A DNA stretch of 64,000 nucleotides from an uncultured Candidatus Saccharibacteria bacterium (GTDB lineage Bacteria > Patescibacteriota > Minisyncoccia > Phycocordibacterales > UBA12088), in assembly GCA_964409035.1 (NCBI GenBank), contig CAYPBQ010000001.1, forward strand, positions 28,024 to 92,023, written 5' to 3'. Made by a program: the position numbers and the translations under genes. The notes beneath the pieces were generated by a model. It searched no databases. It saw only the letters and a list, made by a program, of their open reading frames with translations, and was not told the origin of the DNA. How positions within the stretch are numbered: the first letter of the stretch is position 1; each line of letters opens with the position of its first letter. Of this stretch, positions 10,617 through 20,519 are shown in pieces.

Positions 10617-11885
10617 TCAGTCAATATTGTCTATAGTAGCTACATGATTCCCTGCCACATAGCCGGTCGTCCAGCACAATTGAAGCGAGTAGCCGCCAGA
10701 TGGGCGATTGATATGCAACAAATCACCGGTAACGAAAAGATTTGATACCTTCTTTGACTGCATGGTTCGTGTATCTATTTCAGACAGGACTACTCCGCCA
10801 TCAGCAATTACCGCTCTATCAAAGCCCATGAGCCCTTCAATAGTAATTGGTAGAGCCTTAAGCAAGTGGGTAATGACCTTTCTATCTTCTTTGCTTACAG
10901 AATGCACCCTCGTATCTATATCTACTTTATCCTCCAAAAGTATTTCAATACCCTTTGCCATCCCTTTTGGAACAATTTCTTTCAGGACTGTTCGCAGTGT
11001 TTTGTTTTTATTTACATCAAAGACACTTATTATTCGCCTTTCGAGTGATCCTAGATCAGTATCTGGATACGCATCAACGGTAGCTGTTACCGCACCAGTA
11101 TGTAGTAGATCAGCAACAGAGACCGCACTATTTAATATAAGAGGGCCTGATAATCCAAAGTGCGTGAATAGCAACTTTCCAGTTTTAGAAAACACTCTTT
11201 TACCTTCAAGAAAAAAGGTTATTTTCATAAATGAAAGAGACACCCCTGCAAGCTTTTTACTCCACAACTCTTTAGTAGCAAGAGGTACAATAGTAGGTGT
11301 CGGCTGCTCAACCGTATGCCCAAGTGCCGACAAAAATGCGTACCCGTCTCCCGTTGAGCCAGTCTCAGGGTGCGATACGCCGCCAGTAGCTAGGATGTAG
11401 TGCGTTGCTCTGTAAATTACCTTTCCAGCAACCACATGACTGATACTCCCATTCTCACACACTATATTTGTTATAGGGGTGCCAGTCTGTATATCCACGT
11501 TGCCTTTTTTCACATAGGCTACAAGCACATCAACCACGTCTTGCGCTTTTTGTGTGCTAGGAAAGGCTCTCTTCCTTGCTTCAACAACAATAGGGAGTCG
11601 GCGCGACTCAAAAAAGTGACATGTGTCCTTCATTCCAAATTGTGAGAATGGTGAGTATAAAAATTGCTCCGCATTGCCATAGTGGGAAAGGAGCACTCGT
11701 TCATCCTCTTCTGCATTTGTGATATTGCATCTTCCACCACCGGTAATACTTAGCTTCGCTCCCAGATGCTTATTCTTTTCAATAAGCAGTACCGTAAGTC
11801 CACGCTCAGCCGCGCGGCCCGCAGCAATAAGGCCTGAGGCGCCACCGCCAATTACGATCACATCATACTTCTCGCCGCTATCCAT
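10617..11885 (-). CDS. HI0933/BaiN family NAD(P)/FAD-dependent oxidoreductase
   Basis: GGGASG, KLSITGGGRCNITN, ATGGVSHPETGSTGDG, LFTHFGLSGP, GGYSLQ. Confidence 0.93.
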   Translation of the reverse strand: MDSGEKYDVIVIGGGASGLIAAGRAAERGLTVLLIEKNKHLGAKLSITGGGRCNITNAEEDERVLLSHYGNAEQFLYSPFSQFGMKDTCHFFESRRLPIVVEARKRAFPSTQKAQDVVDVLVAYVKKGNVDIQTGTPITNIVCENGSISHVVAGKVIYRATHYILATGGVSHPETGSTGDGYAFLSALGHTVEQPTPTIVPLATKELWSKKLAGVSLSFMKITFFLEGKRVFSKTGKLLFTHFGLSGPLILNSAVSVADLLHTGAVTATVDAYPDTDLGSLERRIISVFDVNKNKTLRTVLKEIVPKGMAKGIEILLEDKVDIDTRVHSVSKEDRKVITHLLKALPITIEGLMGFDRAVIADGGVVLSEIDTRTMQSKKVSNLFVTGDLLHINRPSGGYSLQLCWTTGYVAGNHVATIDNID

Positions 11886-11905
11886 ACGATTATTCTAGCA
11901 GATAG

Positions 11906-13366
11906 CTACTTAGAAAGATCAAGCACCTCATCAATGCGTATCTGCTCTACAAATTCTGGTACGTGCGAGACTAATATCATTGCCCCCTTGTACGCATCTA
12001 GCGCCTTAGCAATAACAGGTAGGTGTCTAAAGTTTATGTGGTTAGTTGGCTCATCAAGTATGAGAAGTCCCGGTCTTTCAAGTACAAGTCGTGCAAATGC
12101 CACAAGACCTTTTTGCCCCTCTGACAAACGACCGATTTTTGTTTTAATCATCTCTGCGTCAATCAAAAATCCCGCGGCAGTAGCGCGCAAACGCTCCTCT
12201 ACCTTTTGATCCATCACTTCAAGTAGTGATTCAAGTACCGTATGCTCAAAGTTAAGGGTAGAAAAATCCTGTCGATAGTAACCAATACGCACATCCCTCT
12301 CTAGCTCAACACCCTTAGCCTTTCCACTTGCGATACTCTCAAGCAACGTACTCTTGCCAATACCATTTGGCCCAACTAGTAGTAAGTGCTTATTTTTGTT
12401 TAATGATATATCAACTTTGTGTGTCACCACTTTATGATTTTTCATGGTGCTGAGCGAGGTGATATGCACCAATTTTCCTGAGAGCTCCTCCTGATGCGGA
12501 ATAGTAAATGGACGAATAGTCTTATCCTCCTTTCTCACCTCAACCATATCCTCTTCCATTTGCTCTGCCTTTTCTCTCATGCGCTTAGCAAGGAGTCGCA
12601 TCTGTCCGCCCTTATTTGCAAAAAAGTTTGCCTTGTCTTTATTCTCTTGCGCCGTTTTTGCAAGTTGAGCGTTTTTTCTGTTCTCCTTTTCAATTCGAGC
12701 ACTTATGTCTCTAAGTACATCAGTATAGTTACCCGCGTATTGCTCTACCTTTTTAGTGCGTACATCAAGGTATAAGACCCCCTCGGTAAAGGCATTAAGA
12801 AACTCAGTATCATGTGAGATAACAATGATTGATTTTTTGTAGTTTTTTAGAAAGTCAGTAAGGTGCGAGATGCCAGCTTTATCAAGATTATTAGTAGGCT
12901 CATCAAGGAGAAGAAGGTCTGGTTCTTGAATTAGTGCTGATGCTAAGAGTAGTCGCGCCTGTTGCCCACCTGAAAAGGTATTCATTATTCTGTCATGTAC
13001 TTTTTCATGCCCCTTAAGATGTACCACTTCTAGCACCTCATCTATACGAGGGTCGATATCATGTATTTTTTTCGGGAAGCACTTTTGAAAAAACTCTCTC
13101 ACAGAGAGCGTTAGCTCATCACGTGGAATCACTTGCCGCGATAGAGCAATAGACAATCCATGGGATATGTTTATTTTACCCTCCTCAGGAGTGTGTGTGC
13201 CCATCATGAGTGAAAAGATGGTACTTTTGCCCGCGCCATTTTGTCCCATTAGCGCAAGCTTTATTCCCCTTCTCACTGAAAAATCCACCGCATCCAAAAT
13301 GGGCTTATTGTGTCCAAACTCAAATGACACTTTTTCAAATGAAAGAATTGCTTCTGCTTTTGACAT
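11906..13366 (-). CDS. ABC-F family ATPase
   Basis: Two NBDs (GQNGAGKST, GPNGIGKST), LLDEPTN, no TM. Confidence 0.92.
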   Translation of the reverse strand: MSKAEAILSFEKVSFEFGHNKPILDAVDFSVRRGIKLALMGQNGAGKSTIFSLMMGTHTPEEGKINISHGLSIALSRQVIPRDELTLSVREFFQKCFPKKIHDIDPRIDEVLEVVHLKGHEKVHDRIMNTFSGGQQARLLLASALIQEPDLLLLDEPTNNLDKAGISHLTDFLKNYKKSIIVISHDTEFLNAFTEGVLYLDVRTKKVEQYAGNYTDVLRDISARIEKENRKNAQLAKTAQENKDKANFFANKGGQMRLLAKRMREKAEQMEEDMVEVRKEDKTIRPFTIPHQEELSGKLVHITSLSTMKNHKVVTHKVDISLNKNKHLLLVGPNGIGKSTLLESIASGKAKGVELERDVRIGYYRQDFSTLNFEHTVLESLLEVMDQKVEERLRATAAGFLIDAEMIKTKIGRLSEGQKGLVAFARLVLERPGLLILDEPTNHINFRHLPVIAKALDAYKGAMILVSHVPEFVEQIRIDEVLDLSK

Positions 13367-13400
13367 ATGTACGTACACCTTACCAATTCACTTCTACAGT

Positions 13401-13901
13401 CTACTTTTTTGTTGATTTTTTAGTTACAGATACTTTTGCCTTTTTTGGGGCAATAACCTCTTCTTCAATTTCTGGAGCATCATCTGCAATAAGTAACCCC
13501 TCAACCGCGCGAATCAGTCTTTCTAACTTTTGATTTACTGCCTTGAGTTCACTCGTGAGCGCATCCACACCCTCGTTATTTGCGGCGCTACTATGTGCAG
13601 ATTCAGTCACATGTCGCTTGGATGCAAATGATTGTTTAGCTTCTCTATCACCATATCTTCCTTCGGTAGTACCAAAGCATTCTTTGCAATACACCGGCTT
13701 TCCAGGAGATGGTCTAAATGGCACCTCGCACGCCTTTCCACATACAGAGCAAGTAGCCTTAAATAGCTCTAGTCGTTCAGTGCGTGGTGATCGCATTTTA
13801 GAACCGAACACCGCCCTCTGCGATTTAGCGCCACCAAACATAGGCTTTCCGCCCTTTTCATTAAACGACCGTTTTCCGCCCCTATTCATAAATGCTGACA
13901 T
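13401..13901 (-). CDS. CxxC-x17-CxxC domain protein
   Basis: ATCSVCGKACEVPFRPSPGKPVYCKECF. Confidence 0.88.
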   Translation of the reverse strand: MSAFMNRGGKRSFNEKGGKPMFGGAKSQRAVFGSKMRSPRTERLELFKATCSVCGKACEVPFRPSPGKPVYCKECFGTTEGRYGDREAKQSFASKRHVTESAHSSAANNEGVDALTSELKAVNQKLERLIRAVEGLLIADDAPEIEEEVIAPKKAKVSVTKKSTKK

Positions 13902-13957
13902 AATGAGATGAGTGTGGTCTATTTTTGGCTAAATAGCAAGCCTTTAGGAGTGACTTG

Positions 13958-14362
13958 TTATGCCTGTGGCATTTTGAGTGCTTGATGGATTCCAAACACA
14001 TTATTCTCTGTATCCATAAAATAGGCCTGATGTGCCATTCCAGCAATCTCAAACTTTGGCGTATGTACTGAGCCTCCCGCTGCAAGTATCTTCTCAGACA
14101 TAGCATCTATATCATCTACGACCACTGTGCAGACAAAAGCGTTTACACCCTTACCCTTTTCAAGAGCTACGCCATGCCGCTTGAGGAGGCCGCCACTAAT
14201 ACCAGCTTCTGTGCTACCTTGCGGCGCAGTCATAACCATATAGTAGTCGTACCCAAGCCCCTTCCACTCCTCCATAACCCACCCAAATACGCTAGTATAA
14301 AAGGCAATCGCTCGTGGTATATCATCAACCTGTATTTCAAAATGCATTACTCGATTACTCAT
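13958..14362 (-). CDS. VOC/glyoxalase family protein
   Basis: VMHFEI..RAIAFYTSVFGW..AYFMDTENNVFGI. Confidence 0.9.
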   Translation of the reverse strand: MSNRVMHFEIQVDDIPRAIAFYTSVFGWVMEEWKGLGYDYYMVMTAPQGSTEAGISGGLLKRHGVALEKGKGVNAFVCTVVVDDIDAMSEKILAAGGSVHTPKFEIAGMAHQAYFMDTENNVFGIHQALKMPQA

Positions 14363-14420
14363 GAATGTATTGCTAGATTAATAACTACATACTAACAGTA
14401 TTTTGCACAAACATACATTA

Positions 14421-14825
14421 TTACCAATTTAGATACGTTACCGTGAGCTGAAGGCATGTAGCGAATGTACCCCATAACAGATAAGGGATATTTATATACA
14501 CTACCCATCGCATATCTGGCACTGCATACCAGAGTGCAATGAGCGCCCATACGAGGGTCACCACCACAAGCAAGATATCAATAGAGGCAAGGAGATTGTT
14601 TTGCAACCCAAATTGAATTGGGGTAAATGCAAAGTTAACTATTAGATTAAGTGCAAATGGCAACGCAACAAGCCACGATAATGCGCCAGTATATGCCTTA
14701 TAAAATACCATGCTAAAGGTAACTGCAATTATGGCATACAACACTGTCCACACGGGGCCAAATAGCCACGCAGGTGGCGCCCAAGCAGGCTTAATAAGCG
14801 TGAGATAGTATGTTGGTTCATTCAT
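14421..14825 (-). CDS. tspO: TspO/MBR family tryptophan-rich protein
   Basis: LIKPAWAPPAWLFGPVWTVLY, PYLLWGTFA. Confidence 0.9.
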   Translation of the reverse strand: MNEPTYYLTLIKPAWAPPAWLFGPVWTVLYAIIAVTFSMVFYKAYTGALSWLVALPFALNLIVNFAFTPIQFGLQNNLLASIDILLVVVTLVWALIALWYAVPDMRWVVYINIPYLLWGTFATCLQLTVTYLNW

Positions 14826-14841
14826 ATACGTAGTATAGCAT

Positions 14842-14870
14842 TTGACAACGCATCTTATTCTATATATATT
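14842..14870 (+). promoter_or_regulatory. Sigma70 promoter of candidate ncRNA
   Basis: TTGACA-17 nt-TATATT; predicted +1 near 14877. Confidence 0.75.
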
Positions 14871-14876
14871 CGACTC

Positions 14877-15104
14877 GGTTCAAGCAACACTGACTCTGGC
14901 GGCACACAGGTGCTCTTGTGCGTAGGGTTCGAATCCCTATCAGTGGGTCAATGACTTATAACCTCGAGGCTCAGCATAGATGGGAGACACAGAAACCAGT
15001 GCTGGGGCATTGGCGGAGTCGCAACTGAGATACCATCCCCGAGGTGTGAAATTTGCTTGTGATTGCATGTTGCAAGCAACGTAGTAGACCAGCTTGAACC
15101 ACCA
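14877..15104 (+). ncRNA. Candidate structured ncRNA (about 228 nt) with tRNA-like module
   Basis: 5' GGTTCAAGC pairs with 3' GCTTGAACC followed by ACCA; internal TAGGG-TTCGAAT-CCCTA T-arm; promoter and terminator flank it; no credible ORF. Confidence 0.7.
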
Positions 15105-15136
15105 CGCCACCCTTCAGGGGTGGCGTTCTTCATTTT
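15104..15136 (+). terminator. Intrinsic terminator
   Basis: ACGCCACCC-TTCA-GGGGTGGCGT then T-rich run. Confidence 0.75.
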
Positions 15137-15162
15137 ATATAGTGCAACTATTGTAGCTACTA

Positions 15163-15780
15163 CTAGAAACCTAGTTTCTCTTTTACAATAATTACCATCA
15201 CCTTTCTACCCATAAAGGCTGGCTCGCATTCAATGGTGAGCACTTTTGATAGTACAGTGCCTCCCATTCCCACCTCTTTCATACGAACATCTTCAAGAGG
15301 AACCACATACTCACGAATACGTTGCATTGCCTCAGCATGAGTTGGCATTATTTTCTGAGCTCCCACAACAAAAATAATATTTTTTGAGGTAAATACGATA
15401 GGTGGCAACTGGCTCCCTGATGCTGAAGCAATAACAAGCTCGCCACTTTGCGCAAGTGCGTGAACGCTACCAAGATAATATTCAGCAAATAGCGACGCGT
15501 TGCGTAGCTCTTGCTTCTTTGCAGGATCACTCTCAGCAACAACGCTTGCATGCAGGTTATTCCATCCGTGTGTATCAGATTTGAGATACTCCACTAGTCC
15601 AATCTCTTCAAGAGTACGAGATGAGCCGTTATTAACCGAAGCGCCCTGCGGGATAAGCTCAATTACCTTTTGAAGTGCTTCTTCTTTGGTGGCAACCACA
15701 ATTGCCTCAATGTTGCGATCTGCAAGTGCCTTAGTAGTTAGCTCAATAGTGCTGTCGTTGGGTATTGAATCGTAGTTCAT
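15163..15780 (-). CDS. LUD domain protein (LutC/YkgG-like)
   Basis: GSSRTLEEIGL, YLGSVHALAQSGELV, VVGAQKI. Confidence 0.85.
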   Translation of the reverse strand: MNYDSIPNDSTIELTTKALADRNIEAIVVATKEEALQKVIELIPQGASVNNGSSRTLEEIGLVEYLKSDTHGWNNLHASVVAESDPAKKQELRNASLFAEYYLGSVHALAQSGELVIASASGSQLPPIVFTSKNIIFVVGAQKIMPTHAEAMQRIREYVVPLEDVRMKEVGMGGTVLSKVLTIECEPAFMGRKVMVIIVKEKLGF

Positions 15781-15842
15781 ATAATATTTGATTACTGGTT
15801 AAAGTGCGGATAACTAACATCACGATTGTACCACGCCATCAA

Positions 15843-16217
15843 TTATAAGGATGCTCTACGCAGACTTTTCTCTTCTTTAAGGCGGAAAGCGACTATTTTT
15901 TTAATGAGCGAAACAGGCAACGGCTCATTGTATGAAAAGCGTATGCATCCTTTAGAATAACTTATATTGCGCTTCGCAAGCTCATCAGCATACGCGGTAA
16001 CACCAGAGGGTGTGGGATAAAAGCCTATGTGACCCTTCATTGCTGCATAGTGGATAAAATTTTTTCCACCAATCCTTATCGTTGGCATGCCATACTTAAT
16101 TACTTCCTCTCCCTTTGGAACAAGTGATGTAATTAATGCCCTTATCTCTTTTACCTTTGGTAAAAGGTTACCATCTACATTCTTTATATACTCTTCTACT
16201 GTGGAATAAACTTTCAT
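15843..16217 (-). CDS. DUF1801/YdhG-like protein
   Basis: TVEEYI..EEVIKYGMPT..HIGFYP..SKGCIRF. Confidence 0.85.
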   Translation of the reverse strand: MKVYSTVEEYIKNVDGNLLPKVKEIRALITSLVPKGEEVIKYGMPTIRIGGKNFIHYAAMKGHIGFYPTPSGVTAYADELAKRNISYSKGCIRFSYNEPLPVSLIKKIVAFRLKEEKSLRRASL

Positions 16218-16237
16218 GTATATTTGATGGTATCTAT

Positions 16238-16654
16238 CTATAGACCAAAAAGCCCAATAAGTATTGCAGTTATCCAGCAGCACCCAGAGACTCCTCCCGA
16301 CACCAACAACACGCGCTGCTCATGAGGTAATAGCGATGCATACGGTACTGCTGTTGCCTTGAGCATAAGTCCAGAAATAAAAAAGCTATTCACTAGTAGC
16401 GTAGCCACACACGCTAGCTTGGCATAAAAGAGTGGCTTCTCTAGCATTACCGCCCACATAGGTAGCATGGTCGCAATACCAGTAGTGATAAGAAGCAACA
16501 AGCCAATCATAACCGCGCGGTGTGTCCACACAATCTTTTGCCTACTAATAGTGCCTACCCTGCCGCTAAAGTATGCAATTCCAAGATGATCGCCGTACAA
16601 TATCGCTGGTACGGTGATAATAAGCGCAAGTAAGTGAAGCGATACTGGATCCAT
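16238..16654 (-). CDS. 4-TM membrane protein
   Basis: Hydrophobic, His in TM segments; 1-nt overlap with cytochrome b5 gene. Confidence 0.65.
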   Translation of the reverse strand: MDPVSLHLLALIITVPAILYGDHLGIAYFSGRVGTISRQKIVWTHRAVMIGLLLLITTGIATMLPMWAVMLEKPLFYAKLACVATLLVNSFFISGLMLKATAVPYASLLPHEQRVLLVSGGVSGCCWITAILIGLFGL

Positions 16655-17124
16655 TACTTAAGGATTCCTATCTGATAACCAGTGATAGTTTCTTGAGGGC
16701 GAGCATCACCGCTGTGCTGTCCGGTAAATGCAGCAGTTCCGTCAATGCCACAGATACTAAGTATTCGCTTTGCGCCACCAGGGTGCTTTGAAATAAATGT
16801 AGTGAGGTCGTACACATTACCACTTACAATAGTCCAGCATGAGTTTTGGTTATTGTGTAGTGCAACATCAGCAGAGGTGTAGGTAGTAGCGCCAGGTGTA
16901 GACTCCGCTGGTACAGTAGATGGTGACGGCGCAGAAGTAGTTACATCAACAGACGCAGCTCCTGTTTGCGTGGGCGCGCTTGGTGTTACTGTTATATCTG
17001 CATTATTGGTTTCCGACACTGGTGCATTGAGTGTTTGAGTTGCAATCGGTGATACAACAAAGTACGCCCCAAAAGCTATGATAAAGACACCGGCAACAAT
17101 GCCAAGTAATGTTTTTGTTGTCAT
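16654..17124 (-). CDS. Membrane-anchored cytochrome b5-like heme-binding protein
   Basis: VALHNNQNSCWTIVSGNVYDLTTFISKHPGG..DGTAAFTGQH. Confidence 0.9.
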   Translation of the reverse strand: MTTKTLLGIVAGVFIIAFGAYFVVSPIATQTLNAPVSETNNADITVTPSAPTQTGAASVDVTTSAPSPSTVPAESTPGATTYTSADVALHNNQNSCWTIVSGNVYDLTTFISKHPGGAKRILSICGIDGTAAFTGQHSGDARPQETITGYQIGILK

Positions 17125-17259
17125 ATGTCGATTATATACCAATCCCAATTTTTTTTCATCCAGTGGATGATGTGGGTGCGAGAGCGCTGAGGAAAGGCGT
17201 AATTTTCTATGCACCAAATCGTGACGGCATCATTTTTAACCTATTATGCGCGTAACGTC

Positions 17260-18135
17260 TTACCTCTCCTTCACAGATTCAAGCATTGCAGCCATGTTTG
17301 CGTAATCTTTACTTGCACCTGCGTCAATAATAATAGTGTTGCCATGACTTGCAGCACTTGTGATCGTATCAAGGCGGTTGGTGTCGGTAAGAAACTGAAT
17401 GGCAACATTATTATCAAGACCCGCCTTCTTCATTGTCTCCATTGCCTCCTCAAGCCCACGGGCAATTGCCGTACGCATTTGTGCCATTCCCTCTCCTTGA
17501 AGTTTCTTACTCTCTGCTTCTGCTTGTGCTGCACCGATAAGCTTAATACGTGCTGCCTCCGCCTCATTGCGTGCTGCTTCCATAAGCCTCTTACTCGCAA
17601 TCACTTTGTTAAACGCATCCCTCACTTCAATGCTCGGCTGTGGTTCATCTACAAGCACGTTTTCAATACTATATCCAAACTTTGCAAATTGCTCTGAAAG
17701 AGCAGTCTGTACTTGAGATTCAACCGCGTCGCGGTTAGCATAAAGCTCTGTCATCTCCATTCCTGAAGCTGTTTGTCGCACATTATTGAGAACGTATGAG
17801 GTAATTTGCTTTTCCGGTGACTCAAGTTCGTAGTGTGCCTTCACTGCACCGACAGCATCATCACTTGCCTTGTATTGAACCTTCACCGGCAGCATCATAA
17901 ATGCATTATCACTCGTCTTCACCGACACATCAGCGTGGATTTCCTGAAGCTGCAAATTCACCCGTGCCACTATCGTGGTAATCGGCCATGGCAACTTTAC
18001 ATTAAGCCCAGGAAACACCGCATGTGTGTGCGGCCGCCCAAATGTTTCCAAAATCGCCGCCGTCTTCCCCTTTACTACATACACCATTGACGGCAAAAAA
18101 ATTAACGCAATCACTAAGGCGATAATCCAAAACAT
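17260..18135 (-). CDS. SPFH/band 7 domain protein
   Basis: ILETFGR..PGLNVKLP..VKTSDNAF..AEAESKKLQGEG. Confidence 0.92.
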   Translation of the reverse strand: MFWIIALVIALIFLPSMVYVVKGKTAAILETFGRPHTHAVFPGLNVKLPWPITTIVARVNLQLQEIHADVSVKTSDNAFMMLPVKVQYKASDDAVGAVKAHYELESPEKQITSYVLNNVRQTASGMEMTELYANRDAVESQVQTALSEQFAKFGYSIENVLVDEPQPSIEVRDAFNKVIASKRLMEAARNEAEAARIKLIGAAQAEAESKKLQGEGMAQMRTAIARGLEEAMETMKKAGLDNNVAIQFLTDTNRLDTITSAASHGNTIIIDAGASKDYANMAAMLESVKER

Positions 18136-18197
18136 ACGCGGAATGGCTAGTTGATATACTCAAAGTATATCAGGAAATTTGAGTATGTATTTAGCGG

Positions 18198-18659
18198 CTA
18201 AATTTTGCTTACATCACCATCAAGCAGTATAGGCTTCATTCCCAGAATCTCTTGTTTATATGAAAGCTCAGAAGAAACGGGATTCTGTATGTAAATCTTC
18301 TTTTTTAGATAAAATGCTACTCCAATTTCTATGAGTGTATTTCCACCAATGTATCCTTGAATGCCGCGCTTCTCATTATTAATGACAAGGATTCCATCAC
18401 ACCAATCTATTTTTTCATAATGATCGTTGATTGCTGATTCTTTTAGATCCCAAATGTTATGCCCTACAGGGAAAGCATCAATACCTCCATTTTGTTCGAT
18501 AAACTCACCAAAATATACTTTCTTGCCACCACCAAATTCTTTGGGCACTTCTAGTGCTAGCTCTGGAATCTTTACCTCATGGCCGTGCTTGATGAGTTCA
18601 TCCCTAGCAAATTCCATTTCTTTATAAAACCCAATACTTCCACAAATTGTCATTTTCAT
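18198..18659 (-). CDS. Hypothetical protein, nucleoside 2-deoxyribosyltransferase-like fold
   Basis: ICGS..IDWCDGILVIN..GYIGGNTLIEIGVAFYLKKKI. Confidence 0.55.
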   Translation of the reverse strand: MKMTICGSIGFYKEMEFARDELIKHGHEVKIPELALEVPKEFGGGKKVYFGEFIEQNGGIDAFPVGHNIWDLKESAINDHYEKIDWCDGILVINNEKRGIQGYIGGNTLIEIGVAFYLKKKIYIQNPVSSELSYKQEILGMKPILLDGDVSKI

Positions 18660-18886
18660 AAAAAATTATTCGAGAAAAGCTCTTTAAGAGGGAAAGTCGC
18701 AACCATTACACCACTCCACAATATTCATATTATATCACACACTATTACCCCTCTAGACTGCAGGGTACCAAAAACTAAACCGCTGATATTCTGAGATACT
18801 CACAAAAATTATCCGATCTCAAACCTCAGCTTTTCCTGATTCAAATCTCAGGGGTTTTCTTAGTCTTTCTTCGGAGGAAGCCCCCA

Positions 18887-19168
18887 CTACCACTTTGGTT
18901 TCTCTCCTGTCTTGTACGCAGTGAAAATGAAAGCGGCGGTCAAAAGGATGATCGGCAGTCCTAGTACCAAGAAGTTACTCCCTGAATCAGGATTCCCCGG
19001 AATGGATTCTTCTCGATTAAGTACTAGAAGTAAGACGAGTGCAATGTATACAAACGTAGCAAGTAATCCTTGCCACGTGACAGGCACCCAACCCCATCCC
19101 CAGATCTTTTGCTTGAACCAGTAGTGTTGTGGATTGTCTCGTAGGTAATCGAAATATTTTTTAAACAT
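18887..19168 (-). CDS. Small membrane protein (WGW.P.TWQG motif)
   Basis: HYWFKQKIWGWGWVPVTWQG plus 2 TM. Confidence 0.65.
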   Translation of the reverse strand: MFKKYFDYLRDNPQHYWFKQKIWGWGWVPVTWQGLLATFVYIALVLLLVLNREESIPGNPDSGSNFLVLGLPIILLTAAFIFTAYKTGEKPKW

Positions 19169-19177
19169 AAGCATGTA

Positions 19178-19549
19178 TTAGGACTTACGTAGAATCTTCG
19201 GTATTGTCCTTCCCTTGGCGAGCTCATCCACCAGTTTATCAAGATAGCGCACCTCGCGCATAATCTTGTCCTCGATCTCCTCTACTCGTACACCACAGAT
19301 CATGCCGGTGATGAGCTTGCGTGATGGGTTGAGCTTCGGGGCCTCTTTGAAGAACGTTTCAAAGTTTACTTCCTTCTTGATCTGAGCATTCAATTTGCTT
19401 TGCGTGTATCCGGTAAGCCAACGAATAACCTCATCGACTTCTTCTTTGGTTCTACCTTTCTTTTCTGCCTTGGTAATATACATCGGATATACTTTCGCAA
19501 AGATATATCCGTATACGCGCTTGAGCGTTGCTTCACTTGATGACTTCAT
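19178..19549 (-). CDS. DUF2200 family protein
   Basis: [45 protein letters not shown]. Confidence 0.9.
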   Translation of the reverse strand: MKSSSEATLKRVYGYIFAKVYPMYITKAEKKGRTKEEVDEVIRWLTGYTQSKLNAQIKKEVNFETFFKEAPKLNPSRKLITGMICGVRVEEIEDKIMREVRYLDKLVDELAKGRTIPKILRKS

Positions 19550-19798
19550 AAGTATAAGTATAGCGGAAAGACCTCTTAGATTCGAACCGATTTCGTGACC
19601 TTAATATAAAACTCGAAATAGCCCGTCCAGGTCACTACATTAGCGCCTCTAAAATATCCATTGTGTACATGATGCGTCGTGGTCACGTGGGCACTGACCA
19701 TAACTGCTGGCCGTCTCGAGCTCGAACCCTGGACGGGTAAGCCCTGCTTGACGGTTTAGCTACATTTTACACTCTCCAAACGACGCGTCTCGAGCACC

Positions 19799-20404
19799 TC
19801 AAAACTCTACTCCAACGCTCTGAGCTGACTTTTGACGGAGTCTTTCTAGCTTGGCCTTGTGTTTTTTTTGTTCCTCGCGCAAATAATTCAACGCCTCAAC
19901 AGAAAGTAGCTCAGGTCGAGTTTGTTCCACTATCTCGAGAAATGGCCATACGCTCGCCTGATTATTTTGGCTATGCTTGCTAATGATTGTATTGACTTGT
20001 TCTTTCGTTACCTGCAGAATCAGTAGTTCCATGCCTGCAAAGAAGATATCGCTCTCAGCATAACTCCGTATATGTCCGTGCTGAATCCATACTTCAGCGA
20101 TGTCACGCAACTCCTTTGTTTTTAACTTCTTTAGTATCAAATTAACATTGTGATTGTGTTTGAATTCAAACCGATCGTAGCCCTGCTCCTTGTGAAGATC
20201 AGAGAGGGCACGTTCCAGTTTTGTATACGTAACATAGGTTGAGTATTCATCGCGATTAAACTGACCCAGCACCCATTTTTTGATGAAGTTTCCTAATTCA
20301 TCTACTAACGGACTCAGCGTACGACTCAATAGCCAACCAACTACTCCCAATACTGGTAACCCAACCAAGAATCCTTTTAGAAATTCGGGGATCTGATCTA
20401 GCAT
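19799..20404 (-). CDS. Hypothetical protein, N-terminal TM; adjacent to tRNA-Gln 3' end
   Basis: 201 aa ORF. Confidence 0.6.
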   Translation of the reverse strand: MLDQIPEFLKGFLVGLPVLGVVGWLLSRTLSPLVDELGNFIKKWVLGQFNRDEYSTYVTYTKLERALSDLHKEQGYDRFEFKHNHNVNLILKKLKTKELRDIAEVWIQHGHIRSYAESDIFFAGMELLILQVTKEQVNTIISKHSQNNQASVWPFLEIVEQTRPELLSVEALNYLREEQKKHKAKLERLRQKSAQSVGVEF

Positions 20405-20519
20405 AGTCGATTGGAATGGCGTGGAAATAATCCTTGCAAAATCCAGTTCAGTAATTGTATCGCTGTTTCCATTTGGGTAAAACGTCGCGTTTCGTGGGCT
20501 CGAACCTAGCTCAACTTTG

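Noticed and set aside
10708-11400. Long antisense ORFs (also 21513-22214, 29780-30445, 39581-40123 etc.)
   Set aside because: Shadow frames of well-supported genes on the opposite strand
14948-15133. 61-aa minus ORF
   Set aside because: Antisense to the promoter/terminator-bounded structured RNA; no protein features
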